In this document: in pieces, positions 47,562-55,444 of the stretch | Layout: the number at the start of each line of letters is the position of its first letter | How positions within the stretch are numbered: the stretch's first letter is position 1 | Source: Gemmatimonadota bacterium | Lineage (GTDB): Bacteria; Gemmatimonadota; Gemmatimonadetes; Gemmatimonadales; GWC2-71-9 | Reading direction: 5' to 3' | NCBI GenBank assembly: GCA_036679605.1 | Contig: JAZDCZ010000398.1 | Coordinates: 64,001 to 128,000 of the forward strand | Length of the DNA: 64,000 nt | The notes under the pieces: generated by a model | What the model was told of the DNA's origin: nothing | The model's input: only the letters and a program-made list of their open reading frames with translations | Database searches by the model: none | Program-made: the position numbers and the translations under genes

Positions 47562-49077
47562 AGTCTGGAGACGAACGATGAAGAATGGTCTCACTATCCC
47601 AGCGGCTCTGGGAGCCGCCCTGATTCTCGCCGGCTGCGGGGGTAACGACGGCCCTACCAGTTCAAGCCCTACCAGTTCAAACCCTGCGACGCTGGCGATT
47701 ACTACGACGTCGCTATCAAACGCCCAACAGGCTGTTGCCTACAGTGCGACGCTCGTGGCCACCGGAGGAGACGGCAGTTACGCGTGGTCGGTAACGGTCG
47801 GGTCGCTACCGACGGAGCTCTCGTTGAACACGTCCACGGGCGTGATCTCGGGGACACCGACGGTGGCCGAGACCCAGAACTTCACGGTCCAGGTCGCAAG
47901 CGGCGACGGTCAGACAGCCGCGGGACAGCTCTCGATCACCGTGCCGCTGGTTTACCAGTCGGTGAGCGCTGGATTCTTCTACAGTTGCGGGGTCAAGGAA
48001 GCGGGGGGCGCCTACTGCTGGGGCAATAACACCAACGGCCAGCTCGGGGACGGCACCTTCACGGCCAGAAATGTGTCGGCGGCGGTCTCGGGCGGGCTCA
48101 CCTTCCAGTCGCTGAGCGCTGGCCAGACATTCAGTTGCGGGGTCACGACGGCGGGGGACGCCTACTGCTGGGGCAACGCGTTGACCGTGAGCACTGTGCC
48201 GGTTGCGGTCCCGGGCGGCCTCACCTTCCAGTCGGTGAGCCCTGGCGTCGGATTCAGTTGCGGGGTGACGACGGCGGGCGACGCCTACTGCTGGGGCGAG
48301 AACACCAACGGCGAGCTCGGGGACGGCACCACCACCGCGGCCAGCAATGTGCCGGTGGCGGTCTCGGGCGGGCTCACGTTCCAGTCGGTGAGCGCTGGCT
48401 TCGGATTCAGTTGCGGGGTGACGACGGCAGGTGACGCCTACTGCTGGGGCAGTAACGCGGCGGGCGAGGGCGGGAACGGCACCAACACGAAGAGCAATGT
48501 GCCGGTGGCGGTCTCGGGCGGGCTCACCTTCCAGTCGGTGAGCACTGGCAGCGACCACAGTTGCGGTGTGACGACGGCGGGGGCCGCCTACTGCTGGGGC
48601 TTTAACGGCTCCGGCCTCCTCGGGGACGGCACCACCACCGCGGCCAGCAATGTGCCGGTGGCGGTCTTAGGCGGGCTCACCTTCCAGTCGGTGACCGCTG
48701 GCGGCACCCACAGTTGCGGGGTGACGACGGCGGGGGTCCCCTACTGCTGGGGCGGGAACACCAACGGCGAGCTCGGGGACGGCACCAACACGAACAGCAA
48801 TGTGCCGGTGGGGGTCACGGGCGGGCTCACCTACCAGTCGGTGATCGCTGGCGATCACCACAGTTGCGGGCTCACGACGGCGGGGGCCGCCTACTGCTGG
48901 GGCCTCAACGTCTTCGGCTCGCTCGGGGACGGCACCAACACGGACAGCAACGTGCCGGTTGTTGTCAGGTAGTAGCTCCCCGCGGCGGAACACCCTTTTG
49001 AAGTCTGGAGACGAACGATGAAGAATGGTCTCACTATCCCAGCGGCTCTGGGAGCCGCCCTGATTCTCGCCGGCTGC
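47562..49077 (+). repeat. 76-bp perfect direct repeat (47562-47637 and 49002-49077): RBS + lipoprotein signal peptide
   Basis: Identical sequence ending exactly at the lipobox Cys codon; offset 1440 bp; weaker similarity extends ~20 bp upstream. Confidence 0.95.
47578..48972 (+). CDS. Lipoprotein with putative Ig (He_PIG-like) domain and seven RCC1/BLIP-II-like repeats
   Basis: LAGC lipobox; ATGG...Y.WS...GSLP..LSLN..TGVISGTP; 7x FQSVSAG..(F/H)SCGVTTAG.AYCWG.N..G.LGDGT. Confidence 0.92.
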   Translation: MKNGLTIPAALGAALILAGCGGNDGPTSSSPTSSNPATLAITTTSLSNAQQAVAYSATLVATGGDGSYAWSVTVGSLPTELSLNTSTGVISGTPTVAETQNFTVQVASGDGQTAAGQLSITVPLVYQSVSAGFFYSCGVKEAGGAYCWGNNTNGQLGDGTFTARNVSAAVSGGLTFQSLSAGQTFSCGVTTAGDAYCWGNALTVSTVPVAVPGGLTFQSVSPGVGFSCGVTTAGDAYCWGENTNGELGDGTTTAASNVPVAVSGGLTFQSVSAGFGFSCGVTTAGDAYCWGSNAAGEGGNGTNTKSNVPVAVSGGLTFQSVSTGSDHSCGVTTAGAAYCWGFNGSGLLGDGTTTAASNVPVAVLGGLTFQSVTAGGTHSCGVTTAGVPYCWGGNTNGELGDGTNTNSNVPVGVTGGLTYQSVIAGDHHSCGLTTAGAAYCWGLNVFGSLGDGTNTDSNVPVVVR

Positions 49078-49131
49078 AGGCGAGCGAGCGACGAGACCGC
49101 GGAGAGCCCCTCACAAATCCACAGTCCTTAA
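49018..49131 (+). pseudogene. Truncated lipoprotein (37 aa) using the duplicated signal peptide
   Basis: MKNGLTIPAALGAALILAGCRRASDETAESPSQIHSP*. Confidence 0.6.
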
Positions 49132-49143
49132 CAGGAGGTTACC

Positions 49144-49731
49144 ATGCGTACCATACAACTCGCCGGGAGCTTGCTGCTCGGCACCATGCTCGTAGTCGGC
49201 TGCACCGAGCAGCAGAACCCGACCGCGCCGGAGGCCGACGCCCTGTCGGCGACACCGCTATTCAACCGCGCGGGTGGTGCGGTACACCATGTGTCCGTGA
49301 GCGGCGCGGATGTCTTTTGTGAAGCCTTTGGTAACCAGACCGGTTGCGATGCCAACCTCTCACTGGTTGCGAATGGGTTCGCCGATGGGAGTGCAAGGGG
49401 ACAATGGCAGGACGTTCAAGGCCCCAAGGACGAGTTCGGCCCACCCCCTTTTCCCGTTCACATAGCGATTGACTGTCTCCACGTTGTCGGTAACGAAGCA
49501 TGGGTAAGTGGAGCGGTTACACTTCCCAGCTTTCTCTCTGGGATTAGAGTACTGTCGAGGATGGCGGACAACGGCAGCACTCCGAACGATCCCCTGGATC
49601 AGGTCAGTTTCCTGCATATTACCGAAATTCCCTGCACCGATGCGCCCACCGAGACTACGGACGTACCAGGCTTTGGTACCGGCTTCTTTGTTCTATATGA
49701 CCTGACCAATGGGCAGGTCGTGGTGCGGTAG
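49144..49731 (+). CDS. Uncharacterised lipoprotein
   Basis: AGGAGG RBS; VVGC lipobox; four further Cys. Confidence 0.8.
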   Translation: MRTIQLAGSLLLGTMLVVGCTEQQNPTAPEADALSATPLFNRAGGAVHHVSVSGADVFCEAFGNQTGCDANLSLVANGFADGSARGQWQDVQGPKDEFGPPPFPVHIAIDCLHVVGNEAWVSGAVTLPSFLSGIRVLSRMADNGSTPNDPLDQVSFLHITEIPCTDAPTETTDVPGFGTGFFVLYDLTNGQVVVR

Positions 49732-49761
49732 CGAAGCTGTCCTCTGCGGAGACAATGTCGA

Positions 49762-49799
49762 GCCCCCGCCCGACGCAGGATCGGGACGGGGGCGCTTTG
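49762..49799 (+). terminator. Hairpin after the lipoprotein cluster
   Basis: GCCCCCGCCCGA-loop-TCGGGACGGGGGC then GCTTT. Confidence 0.5.
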
Positions 49800-50031
49800 G
49801 TTCGCAGCCCTGAGCGTTCCAGCGGCGTTCGGGCAATAAAGGAAGGCGATCGTCTGCTCGCCTTCTTTATGGTGACAACCGGCATTGCTTCAGAGGGAAC
49901 TGTGATCGCTGAGTAGTACTTGGATTCAATTATCTGTGTAACGCTATTGATCTGCAGATCAAATATGCTAATGCATATTGACGCGCCGATGCCCCAGCGA
50001 CTCAAACATGCTCTTCGAACAAAGATCTATC

Positions 50032-50099
50032 AGTTCCCTATAGGGAATCCAGACATTGCACAATCTCACGAGCTTGGCTATAGTCCCTTAAAGGGAACT
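50032..50099 (+). promoter_or_regulatory. hipBA promoter with two palindromic operators
   Basis: AGTTCCCTATAGGGAATC and AGTCCCTTAAAGGGAACT flank TTGCAC-N17-TATAGT. Confidence 0.65.
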
Positions 50100-50103
50100 A
50101 TAG

Positions 50104-50388
50104 ATGAATCCAACACAATGTAGGGTGCGGGATCTCCGTCAGTTGGGAGCGGTCATGCGCTCACGCCGCGAGGCTGCCGGCCTCACTCTCGACGAAGCTT
50201 CGGACCTCCTTGGAGTCGGCAGACGGTTTCTGATCGAATTGGAGCACGGGAAACGCCGCGCCAACATCGAGACATTGCTCCAGGTCTTGAACGCGCTGGG
50301 GTTGGAGATGGTGATTGAACCTAGGACCGCAGCCGGAACGGCCTCTGCCGACGGACCGCCGGGCTCCGCCTCCGAGACCCAGTATTGA
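50104..50388 (+). CDS. hipB: HipB-like XRE antitoxin
   Basis: RREAAGLTLDEASDLLGVGRRFLIELEHGK; overlaps hipA. Confidence 0.85.
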   Translation: MNPTQCRVRDLRQLGAVMRSRREAAGLTLDEASDLLGVGRRFLIELEHGKRRANIETLLQVLNALGLEMVIEPRTAAGTASADGPPGSASETQY

Positions 50389-51629
50389 AGTTTCGAGTCT
50401 TCCTATTCGACAACGAAGTTGGCGCGCTTACCACCGAGCGCGGTCGACTGGAATTCAAATACATCGACACGGCCATCGACGATGCCGGCATCCCTCCGGT
50501 GTCGATTCGTCTTCCCAAGCGTAGCGAATCGTACGGTGACAACGAGACGCGTGCGTTCTTTGAGAACCTGCTTCCAGAAGAGCAATACCGTCGGCTCATC
50601 GCCAGCGCCCTCCGAATATCCGAAACCAACACAGCAGGCCTACTCGGCGCGATCGGCGGCGAGTGCGCGGGCGCCGTTTCCGTATGGCCCTCCGACACGT
50701 CACGGGAGACCGAGCCGCGTTATCGCACCTTGAGCGACGATGACCTGCGCGATCTCTTCGCCGTACCAGACGACCCGAGCCTCACCGCAGCGCAGCGCGA
50801 GGGAAGAATCTCCTTAGCCGGCGCTCAGGCCAAACTTACTCTCCGGCGGGACGGACAAGCCTGGCGTCTACCAACTAACGGTTCGCCTGCGTCTCACATT
50901 CTGAAACGCACACGGTTCGGTATCCCATACCTGGTCGAGAACGAGTTCTTCTGCATGCGATTGGCCACTGCGGCCGGGCTCCCGGTACCCGAAGTCGACT
51001 ATCTGGACGTGGGCGTCCCGCTCCTCATGATCCGCCGATTCGACAGAGTGGAGGAGCAAGGCGTCATTCGCCGCATACATCAAGAGGACTTCTGCCAGGC
51101 TACGGGAACCGTACCCGCCAGCAAGTACGAGGCCGAGGGTGGTCCCGGGCTCGCGTCGTGCGCCGCTGTCATCCGTCAACACAGTGGCCTGCCGATCGCC
51201 GACCTTAGGCTGCTGGTCCGCTGGGTCGCATTCAACTATTTGATCGGGAACGAGGACGCACACGCAAAGAACTTGGCACTACTCTACACCGATGACGGCC
51301 TGCGTGTGGCGCCGTTTTACGATCTCGTCTCCAGCATCGTGTACCGGGAATTGACTCGGAAGGCGGCGATGAGCATTGGCGGTGAACGGCGCTATTTCTA
51401 TGTCGAGCGCCGTCATTGGGAGCGCTGTGCCGACGCAATGGAATTGGCGTTCAAAGTCGTTCGGCGCGTCGTGCTGGAGAGCGCCGAGTTGGTAGAGCAA
51501 TCTATGGATATGGTACAGCAAGACGCAGCTACGGCGTTCGGGTCGCTCGAATTGATCGACACCATTCTCGAGGGAACGCGTCGGCGAGTTGCGGCGGTGC
51601 GGGCGGGTCTGGGTGCCATCTCAAGTTGA
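50385..51629 (+). CDS. hipA: HipA family Ser/Thr kinase toxin
   Basis: FFENLLPE, ISLAGAQAK, HILK, ENE, RFDR, HQEDFCQA, GNEDAHAKN, APFYD; TTG start. Confidence 0.95.
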   Translation: MKFRVFLFDNEVGALTTERGRLEFKYIDTAIDDAGIPPVSIRLPKRSESYGDNETRAFFENLLPEEQYRRLIASALRISETNTAGLLGAIGGECAGAVSVWPSDTSRETEPRYRTLSDDDLRDLFAVPDDPSLTAAQREGRISLAGAQAKLTLRRDGQAWRLPTNGSPASHILKRTRFGIPYLVENEFFCMRLATAAGLPVPEVDYLDVGVPLLMIRRFDRVEEQGVIRRIHQEDFCQATGTVPASKYEAEGGPGLASCAAVIRQHSGLPIADLRLLVRWVAFNYLIGNEDAHAKNLALLYTDDGLRVAPFYDLVSSIVYRELTRKAAMSIGGERRYFYVERRHWERCADAMELAFKVVRRVVLESAELVEQSMDMVQQDAATAFGSLELIDTILEGTRRRVAAVRAGLGAISS

Positions 51630-51773
51630 CAACATCAAGGCTGGAACGCGGTGAGAGCGGCGGTACGGTCGAGACATTGGCGGGCGATCTTGGCGGCGCT
51701 GGACATCAGCCTAAGTCAGTTCTGCAGACCGTTCAAAGAGCTTGTGAGGCCGAGGATGCCACGCCACAGGTAG
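51630..51773 (+). pseudogene. Frameshifted XRE-HTH relic
   Basis: SRLERGESGGTVETL / AILAALDISLSQFCRPFKELVRPR in two frames; homologous to 31928-32000 (-). Confidence 0.55.
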
Positions 51774-52419
51774 GAGCGGGGTAGTATGAGACGGTGTCCA
51801 GGTGAGTGTAGTAGATTGGCTCGCCGAGGCGACTACGTTGTCAGCGAAATGGGTCGATGCACGGAATGGCAAGAATGACTAGAGAAACGTCGTTCACGGC
51901 TCTCGTCAAGACCGGAAGCGCACTACATAGTGCTCGTCGAACTCACCGCGCGATAGGCGGGCTTTGCATGGGGAACCTCGTACTCGGCACGATGGCCCAT
52001 GGTGACCTCTCGCGGCGCAATGTGAGGTTAATCTAGGTCCGTTCTGAGCCGGCGGAAGCGCGCATCGTGAGCCAAGTACCTTGGCGCGGGCCTTCCTCCG
52101 CATGGTAAGGCATGGTGCAAGTTACAAAGCGTTACCTCTACAATACAAATGCCGTGAACGGGCAAATTGTTACATAGGCGAGCAAAAAAGTTCGGAAACC
52201 AACTTCGGTGAGTGCCCCAAAAAAACAGAAGCGAGCCATAGCGAGCGCGGCTGCCCTATCCCATGCGTTCCATTCATTTGGTAAGCTCGCTATCACGTCG
52301 TTCTTGTGGTAACTGCCCGTTTTTCGTGCATTGTGTGCACGGAGGTGCGTGCAGTTCACCCTTTCTCGGTGTTTCTTGGGGTTCGACTCCCCGCGCCTCC
52401 ATCAGTATCGAATAGATAG

Positions 52420-52460
52420 CCCGTCTCTCCGGGGTCGTTTTCCGGGAGGGCGGGTTTTTT
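52420..52460 (+). terminator. Rho-independent terminator after the distal att copy
   Basis: CCCGTCTCTCCGG-loop-CCGGGAGGGCGGG followed by a T run. Confidence 0.75.
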
Positions 52461-52532
52461 ATGGAAATATTATGTAGAGATCATGAACCAGGGGACGGCA
52501 TCGTCTGCAACGGACGGCAGATAAGTGATCAC

Positions 52533-52628
52533 ATGGCAAAACAGAAACCAAAACTTGAACTGACCTGGATCGGGAAGGAGAATCGGCGCCCCGATCAACC
52601 TTGTGTGGAAAAGCTCCTAAGACACTAG
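52533..52628 (+). pseudogene. N-terminal relic of a type III R-M Mod-like DNA methyltransferase
   Basis: MAKQKPKLELTWIGKENR resembles the recurrent KLELTWIGK N-terminus of Mod-like methyltransferases; truncated. Confidence 0.6.
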
Positions 52629-52765
52629 ATTAGGCAGATGTGCTGTCTTATGGTAATCCGCTAATCAATTGTGGTGTAACCATTTGACACTGGTCATATA
52701 ACAATTTACATGATGTGTGGAACACGGTGTAGATAGGCTGTGGATGCCCCACAGGATTATCCACA
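52604..52765. promoter_or_regulatory. DnaA-box cluster in AT-rich intergenic DNA
   Basis: TTATCCACA (52757-65), TGTGGAAAA (52604-12), and degenerate TGTGGAACA, TGTAGATAG, TGTGGATGC at 52716, 52728, 52739. Confidence 0.6.
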
Positions 52766-52802
52766 CGCCTAGATGGAGCTTGCGGAATTCTAGTTGGAAA
52801 GG

Positions 52803-55436
52803 TCAGCTGGCTTGCGCTGCTTGGGCCGCTGCCAGGCGGGCTATCGGGACTCGAAACGGCGAGCAGGAGACGTAGTTGAGGCCCAGCCGATGGCAGAACG
52901 CCACCGAGCGCGGGTCCCCGCCGTGCTCGCCACAGATGCCGATCTTGAGCCCTGGTTTCTTGCCTTTCCCCAATTCGACCGCTATTTGCACCAGCTTGCC
53001 CACCCCCCGCTCATCCATGGTCTGGAACGGATCGTCATCGAGGATTCCCAATTCTAGATACTTTGACAAAAACCGGCCGGAATCGTCCCTGGACACCCCA
53101 CAGGTGGTCTGAGTCAGGTCGTTGGTCCCAAACGAAAAGAAATCGGACACCTCGGCGATCTCGTCAGCGGTCAGTGCCGCCCGCGGGAGTTCGATCATAG
53201 TCCCCACCAGGTAGTCCACCCGGCATTTGGTCTCTGAGAAGACCTGTTCTGCCGTCTGACGCACCAGGTCGGACTGGAGTCTCAGCTCCTCACGGTGTGC
53301 CACAAGCGGCACCATGACCTCCGGATGCACCTCGACTCCGCTGGCCGAAGCCTCGCAGGCGGCCTCGAAGATCGCCCGAGACTGCATTTCCGTGATCTCC
53401 GGGTATGTGATGCCCAGTCGGCAGCCCCTGTGGCCCAGCATCGGGTTCGTCTCGGTGAGCACATCAACACGGTTTTCGATAGTGCTGAGGGGGACGCCCA
53501 ACTGAGCGGCGATCTCCTCCAGCTCTGCCGTCTCCCTCGGCAGAAACTCGTGTAACGGTGGGTCGAGCAGCCGGATCGTGACCGGCAACCCATCCATCGC
53601 CCGAAAGATCCCCACAAAATCCTGGCGTTGCATCGGGAGGAGCTTTCCTAGCGCCGCCTTTCTGCCGTCGAGCCCGGTTGCCAGGATCATCTCGCGCATG
53701 ACAGATATTCGCCCGTCCTGGAAAAACATGTGCTCGGTGCGGCAAAGCCCTATTCCCTCTGCCCCGAAGGCCCGTGCTCGCTCCGCGTCGGCCGGCGTGT
53801 CTGCATTGGCTCTCACCCGGAGCAGCCGAGCATCATCGGCCCAGCTCATTAGCTTCTCGAACTCGGGGCTCGATTCAGGCTGCACCAACGGCACCCTACC
53901 GGCCAAGACCCTGCCCGTGGATCCATCGACACTGATCCACTCGCCCTCGCGTATGGTGGTTCCGTTAACTGAGAAGCAGCGACCCTGTTCATCTACGTTT
54001 AGCTCCCTTGCGCCGGCAACACAACACTTGCCCATGCCACGCGCCACTACCGCGGCGTGACTGGTCATTCCGCCACGCGACGTCAAGATCGCCTTGGCGG
54101 CGACCATTCCATGGAAGTCGTCCGGGCTGGTCTCTCGCCGAACCAACACCACATCCTCACCCGCCTTGGCCATCTCAGCGGCCAATGTGGCATCGAAGAC
54201 AACCTGGCCCACGGCGGCTCCCGGCGAGGCGGGCAACCCGGTGGTCAACACAACCGCGTTCGCGGTGGGATCGATCGTGGGGTGAAGCAGTTGGTCCAAC
54301 TGCGCCGGAGCTATTCGCGCGAGAGCCGTCTGCCGGTCGATGAGACCCTCGGTCTCGACCATCTCAACCGCTACCCGAATGGCTGCCGCGGCCGAACGCT
54401 TGGCGGTACGTGTTTGCAACAGATAAAGAGTTCCGCGCTCGACTGTAAACTCTATGTCCTGCATGTCGCGGTAATGTTGCTCGAGCAACTCGCGAGTACG
54501 CTGTAGTTCGCGGTAGGTTTCGGGCAGCAGATCGGCCATTCTCGCGATCGGTTCCGGGTTGCGAATGCCGGCCACCACATCTTCACCCTGCGCGTTCATG
54601 AGAAATTCACCGAAGAGTTCGTTCTCGCCGGTAGATGGATGCCGGGTGAACACGACGCCGGTCCCGGAATCATTTCCCATATTTCCGTAGACCATAGACA
54701 CAACGCTCACGGCCGTACCGAGATCCTCCGGAATACGATTCAGCTGTCTGTAGTCGATCGCACGTCGCGTATTCCAACTACCGAACACGGCCTCGATTGC
54801 GCCCCAAAGCTGCAGCCAGGGATCTTCGGGGAAGGGAGCACCCGTTTCGCGCTCGACAATTGCCTGGAACTCCTCTACAAGTCCCTTGAGGTCGCCAGCC
54901 TTCAGGTCAGCGTCCGATTCGGTTCCGCGTTCTCGTTTGAGGCAGTCGAGAGCCGCCTCGAACGGATTGACTTCCGCGGACGAATCGCCAATTCCAAAAA
55001 CAACCTCCGCATACATTTGCAGAAAACGACGATATGAGTCCCAAGCGAACCAGTCGTTGCACGATTGAGCAGCTAGGCCTTGGACCGTCGAGTCGTTGAG
55101 TCCAAGATCGAGAATCGTATCCATCATTCCGGGCATCGATACCTCGCTACCGGAACGGACTGATACCAGCAAAGGGTCAGCAGGATTCCCGAACCCGCGT
55201 CCAGCCGCAATCTCCAACTTTTCCATGGCCGCTTCGACTTCACGGCGCACCTCGTCGGCGATCTTGCCGGACTCTATGTACTTGGTGCACAGCTTTGCCG
55301 AGATTGTGAATCCCGGTGGTACTCGCACACCAAGGTTGGTCATTTCGGCTAGGTTAGCACCCTTTCCCCCCAACAGCTCTGCCATGCCGGCGTCACCGTC
55401 GGCCTTCCCGTTGCCGAAAAAAAATACGTTCTTCAT
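52803..55436 (-). CDS. ppdK: Pyruvate, phosphate dikinase
   Basis: LGGKGANLAEM, SVRSG..SMPGMMDT, GGMTSHAAVVARG, GIGLCRTEHMF, GICGEHGG; ATG at 55436. Confidence 0.98.
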   Translation of the reverse strand: MKNVFFFGNGKADGDAGMAELLGGKGANLAEMTNLGVRVPPGFTISAKLCTKYIESGKIADEVRREVEAAMEKLEIAAGRGFGNPADPLLVSVRSGSEVSMPGMMDTILDLGLNDSTVQGLAAQSCNDWFAWDSYRRFLQMYAEVVFGIGDSSAEVNPFEAALDCLKRERGTESDADLKAGDLKGLVEEFQAIVERETGAPFPEDPWLQLWGAIEAVFGSWNTRRAIDYRQLNRIPEDLGTAVSVVSMVYGNMGNDSGTGVVFTRHPSTGENELFGEFLMNAQGEDVVAGIRNPEPIARMADLLPETYRELQRTRELLEQHYRDMQDIEFTVERGTLYLLQTRTAKRSAAAAIRVAVEMVETEGLIDRQTALARIAPAQLDQLLHPTIDPTANAVVLTTGLPASPGAAVGQVVFDATLAAEMAKAGEDVVLVRRETSPDDFHGMVAAKAILTSRGGMTSHAAVVARGMGKCCVAGARELNVDEQGRCFSVNGTTIREGEWISVDGSTGRVLAGRVPLVQPESSPEFEKLMSWADDARLLRVRANADTPADAERARAFGAEGIGLCRTEHMFFQDGRISVMREMILATGLDGRKAALGKLLPMQRQDFVGIFRAMDGLPVTIRLLDPPLHEFLPRETAELEEIAAQLGVPLSTIENRVDVLTETNPMLGHRGCRLGITYPEITEMQSRAIFEAACEASASGVEVHPEVMVPLVAHREELRLQSDLVRQTAEQVFSETKCRVDYLVGTMIELPRAALTADEIAEVSDFFSFGTNDLTQTTCGVSRDDSGRFLSKYLELGILDDDPFQTMDERGVGKLVQIAVELGKGKKPGLKIGICGEHGGDPRSVAFCHRLGLNYVSCSPFRVPIARLAAAQAAQAS

Positions 55437-55444
55437 GAAGGCCC

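Larger units (their letters stand above)
44856..52402. mobile_element. Genomic island integrated at the tmRNA 3' end (no integrase seen)
   Basis: Identical 25-bp GGGGTTCGACTCCCCGCGCCTCCAT at 44856-44880 and 52378-52402; terminator after the distal copy. Confidence 0.88.

Noticed and set aside
47950..48972. ~150-bp repeats as a CRISPR array or as DGR TR/VR
   Set aside because: They are in-frame protein repeats; no reverse transcriptase or non-coding template repeat is visible in the window
51780..52377. Integrase gene next to the distal att site
   Set aside because: No ORF with tyrosine (R-H-R-Y) or serine recombinase motifs seen in any frame
52378..52402. tRNA gene
   Set aside because: Only a T-arm/acceptor 3' half identical to the tmRNA end; interpreted as an att site
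52455..52482. dif site (…AATATTATGTAGA)
   Set aside because: Has TTATGT but no XerC arm ending in ATAA at the correct 6-bp spacing
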